Positions 17,761-26,228 of a DNA stretch of 64,000 nucleotides are shown here, piece by piece. The notes under the pieces are model-generated. The model did not search any database, was not told the origin of the DNA, and saw only the letters and a list, made by a program, of their open reading frames with translations. A program made the translations under genes and the position numbers. Position 1 is the stretch's first letter. Each line of letters begins with the position of its first letter. The stretch lies in NCBI GenBank assembly GCA_965232515.1, contig CBDDPY010000002.1:5536001-5600000 (forward strand). Direction: 5' to 3'. Source of the DNA: Alphaproteobacteria bacterium. Its GTDB lineage: Bacteria; Pseudomonadota; Alphaproteobacteria; GCA-2731375.

Positions 17761-18744
17761 ATGGACCTGACACACTTCTTCAGCAGTATCGCCGCGCCGT
17801 TTTTCTATGTGCTGATGCCGAACCAGCGCATCTTCATGCTCTATCTGCTGAGCGCGCTGGTCCTGGCCTTCGCCGTCTATTTCGTGCGCAGGCGCCGGTC
17901 GACAGCGGCCAGCGATAAAGGATTTTGGTCCTATGTATTGCCGAAATCGGTCTACTGGCACCCCTCGGCACGGGTCGACTACCGCTATTTCATCATCAAC
18001 CGCATCGCCCACGCTCTGATCCTGGCGCCGGTGATCGCGGTCAGCATCGTCGGCGCCAAGTCGGTCGCGGCGCTCGCCACGCTGCTGTTCGGCGAGATGA
18101 GCGCGCCCTTGCTGCCGGTAACGCCGCTGACGACGGCGCTGGTCACGCTCGCCGCCATCCTGGCGTTCGACTTCGGCCTCTACGTCACCCATTACCTGCA
18201 GCACAAGGTGCCGAGCCTCTGGGAATTCCACAAGGTGCACCATTCGGCCGAAGTGCTGACGCCGATCACGGTCTACCGCATGCATCCTGTCGACGACCTG
18301 TTCAGCGCCACGACGGCGGGTTCGCTGATCGGCATTGTGCATGGCGTTTTCGGCTATCTGACGGCCGGCGGGGCCGAGGAATACCGGCTTTTCGGCATGA
18401 ACGTGCTGCTCGCGGTGTTTTACGTGGCCGGCTACAACCTGCGCCATTCGCATGTCTGGCTGCCGCTCAAAGGCGTCTGGGGGCGTCTGTTCATCAGTCC
18501 GGCCCACCATCAGATCCACCACAGCGACGCCGAGCGCCATTACGACCGCAATTTCGGCTTCATCTTCGGCATTTGGGACTGGGCCTTCGGCTCGCTCTAT
18601 GTGCCTGAAAAGTATGAGAAATTGAGCTTCGGCCTGTCCGAGGGCGAGCATCGCGAATATGACGGCGTCTGGCGGCTCTACGCCCTGCCGTTCGTCAAGG
18701 TTCTACGCCGCTTGGCGCCGCCGGTCCGGAGCAGCCGCACGTGA
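17761..18744 (+). CDS. Sterol desaturase / fatty acid hydroxylase family membrane protein
   Basis: His boxes HYLQH, HKVHH, RHSH and HHQIHH; NFGFIFGIWD; TM helices. Confidence 0.92.
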   Translation: MDLTHFFSSIAAPFFYVLMPNQRIFMLYLLSALVLAFAVYFVRRRRSTAASDKGFWSYVLPKSVYWHPSARVDYRYFIINRIAHALILAPVIAVSIVGAKSVAALATLLFGEMSAPLLPVTPLTTALVTLAAILAFDFGLYVTHYLQHKVPSLWEFHKVHHSAEVLTPITVYRMHPVDDLFSATTAGSLIGIVHGVFGYLTAGGAEEYRLFGMNVLLAVFYVAGYNLRHSHVWLPLKGVWGRLFISPAHHQIHHSDAERHYDRNFGFIFGIWDWAFGSLYVPEKYEKLSFGLSEGEHREYDGVWRLYALPFVKVLRRLAPPVRSSRT

Positions 18745-19580
18745 AGCGCCTGCTGGCCGCGTTCGCGGGCGTTATCGGCGGTCTCGCCGTCGCCTACGGC
18801 CTCGCCGTCGGCGGCCCGGTGACGGCGCCGCTTAGCGACCGGGTCGAGATCGGGGCTCTGACATGGGTCGAGCTGCGCGAGCTGGTGCGCCACGGCAAGA
18901 CCACGGCCATCGTGCCCACGGGCGGCGTCGAGCAGAACGGCCCGCACATGGTACTCGGCAAGCACAACCACGTCGTCCGCCATGCCGCCGCGGCCGTCGC
19001 CCGCCGTCTCGGCGACGCGCTGGTGGCGCCGGTCGTCGCTTATGTGCCCCAAGGCGACATCGACCCGCCGTCCGGCCACATGCGGTTTCCCGGCACGCTG
19101 TCGGTGCCCGAGCCCGTGTTCGAGCAGATCCTGGAACACACCGCCCGCAGCCTGCGCGCCCACGGCTTCCGGACCGTGCTCTTCCTGGGCGACAGCGGCG
19201 GCAACCAGGCCGCCCAGACACGGGTCGCCGAACGCCTGGATGCGGCCTGGCGCGACGACGGCGTACGGGTGTTTCACGTCGGCGACTACTACGCGCCGGA
19301 GGCCAACGGACAGATCCGCTGGCTCGAGGATCGCGGTGAGACCCGGGCCGCGATCGGCACCCACGCCGGCATCCGCGACACCTCCGAGCTGCTCGCCGTG
19401 CACCCCGACGGCGTGCACATGGACCGGGCCAGACCGCATGGCGGCTACCGCCTCAGGGACGTCGGCGTGAACGGCGATCCGAGCCGCGCCAGCGCCGAGA
19501 TCGGACGCGCGCTGATCGACTTGAAGGTCGACGCTGCGGTCCGGCAAATTCTGGCCCTACGCAACCAACCGTTGTCGTAG
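18741..19580 (+). CDS. Creatininase family protein with N-terminal signal/anchor
   Basis: LTWVE, PTGGVEQNGPH, FPGT, DSGGN, HAGIRDTS; 4-nt overlap with the upstream gene. Confidence 0.88.
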   Translation: MKRLLAAFAGVIGGLAVAYGLAVGGPVTAPLSDRVEIGALTWVELRELVRHGKTTAIVPTGGVEQNGPHMVLGKHNHVVRHAAAAVARRLGDALVAPVVAYVPQGDIDPPSGHMRFPGTLSVPEPVFEQILEHTARSLRAHGFRTVLFLGDSGGNQAAQTRVAERLDAAWRDDGVRVFHVGDYYAPEANGQIRWLEDRGETRAAIGTHAGIRDTSELLAVHPDGVHMDRARPHGGYRLRDVGVNGDPSRASAEIGRALIDLKVDAAVRQILALRNQPLS

Positions 19581-19649
19581 CGCGACCCCGGCTTTCCCTC
19601 GGTCGCGACCGGCGTTAGGCTGGTCTGGAACGGCCGAAAGGATGCCGGC

Positions 19650-19994
19650 ATGCCGGACACCGAGATCGACGTTGACGCCTTTAAGGCGCTGCTGCTGGCG
19701 CGCCGTCAGGACCTGACCGACACCGCTGCGGCATCGAGCGATGAGCGCTGCCCGGTCGACCTGGACCAGACCAAGGTCGGTCGTTTGTCGCGCATGGACG
19801 CCATGCAGGCGCAGGCCATGAGCATCGAGACCGACCGCCGTCGCAGCCGCGAGATCGCCCGCATCGACGCGGCCCTGAAGCGCATCGAGAGCGGCGACTA
19901 CGGCTACTGCCTGACCTGCGGCGATGAGATCGCCTTGAAGCGTCTGCAGACCGATCCGGCGACGCCCACCTGCGTCGACTGCGCCGGTCGCTGA
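19650..19994 (+). CDS. TraR/DksA C4 zinc-finger protein
   Basis: LDQTKVGRLSRMDAMQ, YGYCLTCG...RL..DP..PTCVDC. Confidence 0.92.
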   Translation: MPDTEIDVDAFKALLLARRQDLTDTAAASSDERCPVDLDQTKVGRLSRMDAMQAQAMSIETDRRRSREIARIDAALKRIESGDYGYCLTCGDEIALKRLQTDPATPTCVDCAGR

Positions 19995-20111
19995 CCGGTT
20001 GGCGGCCCGGTAAACCAGAAATTCGGGTCGACAAAAGAGCACGTGATGGATAGTGCTAAGATCTAAAGCATCGATTTTCGGCACTACGCAACTCAAATTA
20101 ATGACTTAAGA

Positions 20112-20156
20112 TCAGAAGAAGTTTCTGAAATTAGCTTGGGTACCCACAAGGGTACC
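20112..20156. other. Possible relic integrase binding sites
   Basis: AT-rich patch with inverted repeat TCAGAA-N5-TTCTGA (20112-20128) and tandem GGGTACC (20138, 20150) just downstream of the integrase. Confidence 0.4.
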
Positions 20157-20226
20157 AGTGATTTTCCAGTCAGTTCGACCGATTTCGGGCACCTGAGGGC
20201 CGCAAAATCGGCCTGTCGGGCGGGCC

Positions 20227-21402
20227 CTACCGGACCGTTTCGGCGATCCCACGCACGTGCTCACCCCAGGCTTCCAGCGCCGTCCGCATGTCCTCGAAAC
20301 CGCTCCGCGTATCGCCGACATCGACGCCGCCGACGGTCGAGCTGGCGGTCCGGTCGAGGATGTTCCGGACCACCGGCGCCGGCGCCCCCAGCGCCATCAT
20401 TCCGGCCGCGGCGGTGCGGCGCAGGTCGTCCGTGCGCCAGTCCGCGACGCCGGACAGATCACTCGCCCGGCGGGCCGCTTTCGAGAAGCCGGAGACATGT
20501 CGGTCGGGCTTGCCGCGGGCCGGAAACACATAGCGGCTGGTCGTGCGCGGCACCGAGGTCACGACCTCCAGGGCCTGGGCCGAGAGCGGGATCTCGTGCC
20601 CTAAATCCGATGTGCCGGTCTCCGGCGGCACGGTCCAGATCTGGTCGGCGAAGGTAACATCCGTCAGGCGTAAACTCGCCACCTGGTTGCGTCGCTGGCC
20701 GGTCAGCAACAGCAATTTGAACAGCGTTCCAAATGGCCAGGCCATGTGCGCCCAAGCCCGCCACAAGGCCCCGATCTCGGCCTCGTCCAGCACCCGCTGG
20801 CGCCGTACCTCGCGCCCCGGCGCGGTGATGCCGACCACCGGCGTCGCCCGCACCATGTCGACCTCGACGCCCCAGGCGAACATGGTGCGCAGCAGCGACA
20901 GGCGCCGATTGGCGGCATAGCCGTGGCCGCGGGCATTGATGGTTTCGATCACCTCGATGACGTCGCGGCGGCCGATGCCGTCGACCGCGCGCCGGCTCCA
21001 GACCGGCAGCAGGTCGCGTTCGATCATGCGCGCGTCCGACCGCCAGGTGCGCTTCGACCGCTTGGCGTAGCGTTCCACATAGGCCGCGGCGAAGCGCTCG
21101 AAGGTCAGTTCGCCGCCGCGCACCGCCGCGCGCTGGGCGGCCGGGTCCTGACCCTTCGCCACCTCGGCCAGCGTCGCCCGGGCCGCGTCGCGGGCGAGCT
21201 TCAGCGGCAGAGCTGGGAAGTTGCCCAGCGTCAGCCGCCGCTTGCGGCCACCGATCCGGTACATCACCTGCCAGGTCCGCCGCCCCGAGGACGAGATCCG
21301 CAATCCGAACCCCGGCAGCTCCGCGTCCCACAGCTCCACCCGCCCCGCCGCCGGCACCGCGGCATCCATCACCACCCGGTCGTTCAGCGTCTCGGTGGGC
21401 AT
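20227..21402 (-). CDS. P4-type tyrosine recombinase homologue with Arm-DNA-binding domain, apparently catalytically dead
   Basis: N-terminal LPGFGLRISSSGRRTW...LTLGNFP arm domain, TGQRR, DDLRRT; catalytic K, H, H and Y positions replaced. Confidence 0.88.
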   Translation of the reverse strand: MPTETLNDRVVMDAAVPAAGRVELWDAELPGFGLRISSSGRRTWQVMYRIGGRKRRLTLGNFPALPLKLARDAARATLAEVAKGQDPAAQRAAVRGGELTFERFAAAYVERYAKRSKRTWRSDARMIERDLLPVWSRRAVDGIGRRDVIEVIETINARGHGYAANRRLSLLRTMFAWGVEVDMVRATPVVGITAPGREVRRQRVLDEAEIGALWRAWAHMAWPFGTLFKLLLLTGQRRNQVASLRLTDVTFADQIWTVPPETGTSDLGHEIPLSAQALEVVTSVPRTTSRYVFPARGKPDRHVSGFSKAARRASDLSGVADWRTDDLRRTAAAGMMALGAPAPVVRNILDRTASSTVGGVDVGDTRSGFEDMRTALEAWGEHVRGIAETVR

Positions 21403-21517
21403 TTCCGTCCGTTATCCCGACGAATCAGCGATCGCCGGCGCATTATCCACCCATCGCGTAATCGGTCATACCGGCGGAAACGCCCGAAGGGCACTGCACA
21501 GGCCAATTCGCACTCAC

Positions 21518-21544
21518 CGTCATCCTGGCGCAGGCCAGGATCCA
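21518..21544 (+). repeat. CGTC-type REP-like palindrome
   Basis: CGTCATCCTGGCGCAGGCCAGGATCCA. Confidence 0.85.
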
Positions 21545-21671
21545 TTGTTTGTGTTTTTCACGTTGTTTGAAAACCCGCAACAGCCGGCTTTTGCCATTAC
21601 ATAATGTCATTGTAGTTGATTGGGATATTATTCACAGATTGTTATGTCGTTATCCCCGGCGTTCGCGGTAA

Positions 21672-21698
21672 TGGATGCAGGCCTCCGCCAGCATGACG
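21672..21698 (-). repeat. CGTC-type REP-like palindrome (inverted partner, degenerate)
   Basis: Reverse complement CGTCATGCTGGCGGAGGCCTGCATCCA. Confidence 0.7.
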
Positions 21699-21734
21699 GA
21701 TTGGCGTCCAATGGCAGGCGACTCGATCACGGCG

Positions 21735-22553
21735 TCAATCGCCGCCCTTGCCGAACACCGGCGCCCGCTTCTCGATGAAGGCCCGCACGGCTTCGCGGTG
21801 GTCGTCGGTCTGGGCCGTGCGCACCATCAGCACGGCCTCGTGGTCGAGCGCGCTAAAGAAGTCGTCGCTCAGTGCCCGGTCCAGGTTCTCCTTGATATGC
21901 CGCAGCGCCGTGCGCGGCCCCGCTGCCAGCCGCCGCGCTAGCTCGAACGCGGTCTCCTGCAGCTGATCGTCCGGCACCACCTGGTTCACCAGCCCCGTAC
22001 GCTCGCAGGTCGCGGCGTCAATCTTCTCGGCCGTGAACATGAACTGCCGGGCGCGGGCCGTGCCGACCAGCCGCGTCAGCAGCCAGGCAATGCCGTAATC
22101 GCCGCTGAGTCCTACCCGCGCATAGCCCGTGCTGACAAACGCCGAGGCCGCCGCAATGCGGATGTCGCAGGCCAATGCCAACGCCAGCCCCGCGCCCGCC
22201 GCGGGCCCCGGCAGCGCCGCGATGGTCGGCACGCGCACCCGCACCAGCGCGCCCGTCAGTGTACGCTGCCGCTCCTGCAGGTCGGCGACGGCTTCCTCCG
22301 GCGTCATCGTGCGTTTGCGATTGTCGCCCATGCCCTTGACGTCGCCACCGGCGCAGAACGCCGTGCCGGCCCCGGTGATCACCAGCGCGCCGACATCTTC
22401 GTCGTCGCCGCAACTCTTGATCATCCGCCTGAGCGCCGGCGTCAACTCGTTCGACAGCGCGTTCCGCGCCTCCGGCCGGTTCAGCGTCAACGTCGCCACG
22501 CCCTCGCGGACTTCCGCCAATACCTGTTCCGTCCCCGTCTCCAACCGCGTCAT
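21735..22553 (-). CDS. Enoyl-CoA hydratase/isomerase family protein
   Basis: LNRPEARNAL, AFCAGGDV, GAGLALALACDIR, AFIEKRAPVF. Confidence 0.93.
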   Translation of the reverse strand: MTRLETGTEQVLAEVREGVATLTLNRPEARNALSNELTPALRRMIKSCGDDEDVGALVITGAGTAFCAGGDVKGMGDNRKRTMTPEEAVADLQERQRTLTGALVRVRVPTIAALPGPAAGAGLALALACDIRIAAASAFVSTGYARVGLSGDYGIAWLLTRLVGTARARQFMFTAEKIDAATCERTGLVNQVVPDDQLQETAFELARRLAAGPRTALRHIKENLDRALSDDFFSALDHEAVLMVRTAQTDDHREAVRAFIEKRAPVFGKGGD

Positions 22554-22560
22554 GTCCCGC

Positions 22561-22980
22561 TCACGCCCCGTATTTCGTCCGCATGTAATCCACCGACAGC
22601 CGCACCAGCTCCGCCAGCACCTCGAGGTCCACGTCGTCGAGCTTGTTGATGTAGAGGCAGGATTTCCCCGTCCGGTGCTTGCCGAGCCGCGCCATCAGCC
22701 CGTCGTACTGCGAAAACCCCGGCATGATGTAGACCGTCAGCGCCGATTTGCGCGGCGCGAACGCGGTCAACATCCATTCCCCCTCGCGCCCGCTGTCGTA
22801 TTTGTAGCGATACCGCCCGAACCCGACGATCGACGGCCCCCACATCTCAGGTTCTTCGCCCGTCACCCGCCGCATCATCGCCAGCACAACGCGCGCGTCC
22901 TCCCGCCGCCGCGCATGCCCGACCGCATCGATAAACGCGTCCACGCTCACCCCGGTCGGCTTCGTCTTCGGCTCCGCCAC
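22561..22980 (-). CDS. DUF1801 domain protein
   Basis: MWGPSIVGFGRYRYKYDSGREG, FAPRK, LGKHRTGKSCLYI. Confidence 0.88.
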   Translation of the reverse strand: MAEPKTKPTGVSVDAFIDAVGHARRREDARVVLAMMRRVTGEEPEMWGPSIVGFGRYRYKYDSGREGEWMLTAFAPRKSALTVYIMPGFSQYDGLMARLGKHRTGKSCLYINKLDDVDLEVLAELVRLSVDYMRTKYGA

Positions 22981-23051
22981 GTGCTTGCCCCCTGCCGCAC
23001 TTCCGCCAAGCTACCACGCCCCCCGCCGCTCTGTTATACCTGTCCCGCGCT

Positions 23052-23128
23052 GTCCCCGTAGCTCAGTCGGATAGAGCACTGGATTCCTAATCCAGGGGTC
23101 GCAGGTTCGAATCCTGCCGGGGACGCCA
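23052..23128 (+). tRNA. tRNA-Arg(CCT)
   Basis: GTCCCCG/CGGGGAC acceptor stem, D arm, CTGGA-TTCCTAA-TCCAG anticodon arm, GGTTCGAATCC T loop, encoded CCA. Confidence 0.98.
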
Positions 23129-23155
23129 CACTGCTTCGCCGGCCCGCCGCATCAC

Positions 23156-24016
23156 TCACTTCTCCACCGTCGCTTTCTCAATCGCCAGCAGCTTGTCGAG
23201 GCCGATGGTGGCGTGCAGTTCCCGTTGCAGGGCGGACCAGTCGTCAGACGTGCGTGTGCCGTCGCGGAAGCCGTCGGCGAGGTGGGCGTAGACGGATTTC
23301 ATGGCGGCGTAGGCGGCGAGGAGTGGCGTCGAGGTGTCGATCAGGAGCTTGAAGCCGAGGGCGGCCATCTCCGCCGGCGTCAGGCCGATTTGGGCGAGGC
23401 CGCCGGGTGGGCAGAGATACATGAGCGGCGGTTCGAGGCGTTCGCCGATGTGGCGGGCTTCCTCGGCGTTGCGCGGCGATAGGAGCAACACATCGGCGCC
23501 GGCGGCGCGGTAGGCGTCGGCGCGAGTGAGCGCGTCCGACATGTCGCTGGCGCGGACGCCGTTGGTGCGGGCGATGATGATGAAGTCGGGGTTGCGCCGC
23601 GCGGCGACGGCCTCGCGCACCTTCGCGGCCATGAGGTCGACCGGCACCATGTGCTCGATGCCGATATGGTGGTGGGCGCGTTTCGGCAGGATCTGGTCCT
23701 CGATCTCGATGCCGGCGAAGCCCGCGGCCTCCGTCATGCCGATCGTGCGGTGCATGTGCATGGGATCGCCCCAGCCGGCCGCACCGTCCAAAATCAGCGG
23801 CAGGTCCGACACCGCGCCGATGTCGATCCCGGCCTGCGCCATCTCGCTCAGGTTCAGGTTCGCTTCCAGCGCCACCTTCTGATAGCCCGTGGCGCCGCCG
23901 CCGAGATAGAGCGCCTTGAAGCCCGCGGCCTCGGCCAGCTTCGCCATCAGCGGGTTCAGCACCAGCGGCACGCAGACCGGGTCCGCCCCCGCCAACATCG
24001 CGCGCAAGCCTGCCAT
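23156..24016 (-). CDS. Isocitrate lyase/PEP mutase family protein
   Basis: AGFKALYLGG, LPLILDG..GWG, IEDQILPKRAHH, IIARTN. Confidence 0.9.
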   Translation of the reverse strand: MAGLRAMLAGADPVCVPLVLNPLMAKLAEAAGFKALYLGGGATGYQKVALEANLNLSEMAQAGIDIGAVSDLPLILDGAAGWGDPMHMHRTIGMTEAAGFAGIEIEDQILPKRAHHHIGIEHMVPVDLMAAKVREAVAARRNPDFIIIARTNGVRASDMSDALTRADAYRAAGADVLLLSPRNAEEARHIGERLEPPLMYLCPPGGLAQIGLTPAEMAALGFKLLIDTSTPLLAAYAAMKSVYAHLADGFRDGTRTSDDWSALQRELHATIGLDKLLAIEKATVEK

Positions 24017-24052
24017 GATGTCCTCCCCCTTGTTGCCGTCGTTGGCGTGAGC

Positions 24053-25090
24053 TTAGCGGGCGGCGTTGTTGTCCGAAACAGGACTGCGGCAGATGTCGCC
24101 GGCACAGTCGACCGCCTCGGGGTGCATGCCGAACAGGCGGCCGGTGGCGAGGGTGAGGGCGATGCCGGCGAGCATGGCGGCGAAAGCGGGGAGCGCGTGC
24201 GGGGACAGGTTGGGGATGCCGTGCAGGAGCAGCACGTCGTTGCCGCCCGGCACCACGGCGGCGCCGGCGCCCATGGCGAGCCCGCCCGCGAAATGGCGCA
24301 GCCAGACCGGCCGCGGCCTGGCGTCGATCCGCAGGCTGCCGCGTTGCCAGGCCGAGAGCGTCATGCCGGCGAGCACGGCCGCGAAGAGGGCCCAGAACAG
24401 GAGCGGCGGCCCGGCGGCGCCGCCCAGCGCCAGGCGCAGCGTGCGGGTGTAGATCCAGGGGCCGTGCAGGGCGTAGAGCAGGCCGTTCGCGACGCCGATC
24501 AGCGCGGCGGCCGTCGACAGCCGGTAGAGGTCGGCCAGCAGCAGCGCCCGCCAGCCCTGGCCGCGTGGCCGCGTGCGGACAAGGCGCGCCAGCTCCCAGG
24601 CCATCCATGCCGCGAGCGCCAGCAGCAGCCAGGGCGCGCGCGCGTGCGCCGTGGTCGCCAGCGGCGGCGCGTCGGCATTGGGAGGCAGCAGGCCGAGCGT
24701 GGTGCCGGCATCGAGCGCGACCACGCCAAAGCCGAAGCCCAACAATGTGCCGAGCATGCCGAGCTCGCCGCTGCCGAGCCGGTTCAGGGTCGAGATGGCG
24801 CAGCCGCCGTTGACGCCGGCGCCCAATCCGAACAGCAACCCGCCGCCGAGGCCGGCGAGCGTCAGCGCCCAGCTCTCCGGCCTGAGGCGTGCGTCCGGCA
24901 CAAAGAGCGCGATCGCGAGCGTGACGCCCGCGACCCACAGCACCGACTTGGCGAACGCCAGCAGCATGAAGCCGCGCCGCGTGGCGAAGACCTCCTCGAC
25001 CGCCTTCACCGTGCACAGGCCCGCCCGGTGCGCCGAAAAGCCCAGCAGCGCCGCCAGCGCCAGCGACACCGCGCCCGTAACGATTTCCAC
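24053..25090 (-). CDS. YeeE/YedE family sulfur-compound transporter
   Basis: AGLCTV, FGLGAGVNGGCAISTL, PGGND; multiple TM segments; start estimated. Confidence 0.85.
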   Translation of the reverse strand: MEIVTGAVSLALAALLGFSAHRAGLCTVKAVEEVFATRRGFMLLAFAKSVLWVAGVTLAIALFVPDARLRPESWALTLAGLGGGLLFGLGAGVNGGCAISTLNRLGSGELGMLGTLLGFGFGVVALDAGTTLGLLPPNADAPPLATTAHARAPWLLLALAAWMAWELARLVRTRPRGQGWRALLLADLYRLSTAAALIGVANGLLYALHGPWIYTRTLRLALGGAAGPPLLFWALFAAVLAGMTLSAWQRGSLRIDARPRPVWLRHFAGGLAMGAGAAVVPGGNDVLLLHGIPNLSPHALPAFAAMLAGIALTLATGRLFGMHPEAVDCAGDICRSPVSDNNAAR

Positions 25091-25173
25091 CGCCGTCGCC
25101 CCCGATTTCCGGATCCGGTCCCGTCGTCCGTCCGGCGGGCCGCGTTTCGTTGGATGCGGGAAGCCGCGCGCGG

Positions 25174-25599
25174 TTACGCCGGCCGGTCGTCGGTCCGATC
25201 GTGACAGGCGGCGAGGTTGTCCGGTAGCACGAAAACCTCGCGCGCGATGTCGGAGGCGAGGGTTTCGCGGCGATAGAGGCTGTTCAGCAAGGGGTTCGGA
25301 TAGTCGAACAGGTCGGGATTGCGCCGGCGGAAGGTATCCCACGGCGCGTCGCGGCCCTGGCGCTGCATGCGCTCGTTGATGGCGACGATGAAGGCATACG
25401 TGATGGTCTCGTGGTAGAGCCCGTCCTTGCCGAGCGCCGCGGCGTAGCGCTTGAGGCCACCCGAGAACCGTTTCATGGCGTCCGGCAGCGGGGCGTCGCG
25501 CAAGTACAGCCAGGCGAGCCGGATATGGTCGGCATGCCGGAACTTTTCGGGCGGCAGGGTCGTCGCCTCGAAGGCGGCGATGAAGTCGGCGTCGTTCAT
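25174..25599 (-). CDS. Conserved hypothetical protein (FxHxxH...YHETIT type)
   Basis: FRHADHIRLAWLYL, YHETIT, FVLPD; overlaps the stop of the upstream gene. Confidence 0.75.
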   Translation of the reverse strand: MNDADFIAAFEATTLPPEKFRHADHIRLAWLYLRDAPLPDAMKRFSGGLKRYAAALGKDGLYHETITYAFIVAINERMQRQGRDAPWDTFRRRNPDLFDYPNPLLNSLYRRETLASDIAREVFVLPDNLAACHDRTDDRPA

Positions 25600-25901
25600 G
25601 CCGGCGCACCCCGTTTGGCCGGGGTGGGCGGCGCCGCGAACGCGTCCACCAGCCGGTGGCTCGCCGTGGCGTCGAGGTCGAGGCCGTAGACCCGCTTCAG
25701 ATCGGCGATCCGTTGCAGCGTGGCCTCGCCGAACGGGCATTTGCCCTCGAAATTGTGCAGCACGATGCCCTCGATCAGGTCGCCCAGCGTCAGGTCGTGC
25801 AGCTCGGCCACCGCCTTCAGCACCTTTAGCGTCCGCTTCTCGATGCGCACCCCGGTCTGCACCCGCTCAACCCGGATCCGCCCCGCATTGTCGATTGTCA
25901 T
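25596..25901 (-). CDS. Small putative ribbon-helix-helix regulator
   Basis: VERVQTGVRIEKRTLKVLKAVAELHDLTLGDLIEGIV has a strand-helix-helix pattern. Confidence 0.7.
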   Translation of the reverse strand: MTIDNAGRIRVERVQTGVRIEKRTLKVLKAVAELHDLTLGDLIEGIVLHNFEGKCPFGEATLQRIADLKRVYGLDLDATASHRLVDAFAAPPTPAKRGAPA

Positions 25902-25910
25902 GACTAACTT

Positions 25911-25930
25911 GTACCAATGTACCATGGTAC
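25911..25930. promoter_or_regulatory. GTAC-repeat operator candidate
   Basis: GTACCAATGTACCATGGTAC: three GTAC at 8-bp spacing just upstream of the RHH-like gene. Confidence 0.55.
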
Positions 25931-25962
25931 TGATCAAGCCATAGTTGACGTCAGTCCCCAGA

Positions 25963-26045
25963 GGCCGCGACCGCGGCCCGCCGGTCGTCCGGCGCGCCCG
26001 CGCAGGCGCGGATCCCGTTGGGATCCGCTTACCGTGAGCGCAAAA
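25963..26045. repeat. 80-bp multi-hairpin dispersed repeat, copy 3 (divergent)
   Basis: Same scaffold with altered loops and a compensatorily lengthened stem GCGGATCCC/GGGATCCGC. Confidence 0.9.
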
Positions 26046-26085
26046 ACGCCAGAACCCCCGCCCATGAAATGGGCGGGGGTCCTGG
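26042..26085 (-). terminator. Intrinsic terminator-like hairpin
   Basis: Minus strand CCAGGACCCCCGCCCA-TTTCA-TGGGCGGGGGTTCTGG followed by CGTTTTT. Confidence 0.75.
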
Positions 26086-26090
26086 AGAAA

Positions 26091-26214
26091 TTACGTCCCT
26101 GCCGGCCGATGCCGGAACCGTGCGTGGCACCACTGCTGCATTGGGTCGGGTGATGAGTTTATTGGTTCAACACCAAACCACGACGCGGCGCCGGTGCGGC
26201 CGGCAGGGACGCAA
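26091..26214 (-). ncRNA. Candidate structured RNA (124-nt rod-like hairpin)
   Basis: 18-bp closing stem, further internal helices and an AT-rich apex; not matched to any family I recognise. Confidence 0.4.
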
Positions 26215-26228
26215 GTCGGGGTCTTCGT

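Noticed and set aside
20227-23128. Integrase plus tRNA-Arg as an active genomic island or prophage
   Set aside because: No duplicated tRNA 3' end seen, intervening genes are ordinary metabolic ones, integrase lacks catalytic residues, and no phage genes.
26091-26214. Hairpin as 6S RNA, SRP RNA or retron msr-msd
   Set aside because: No symmetric central bubble with long apical stem, no SRP GGAA-loop motif, and no reverse transcriptase in the window; kept only as an unassigned candidate.
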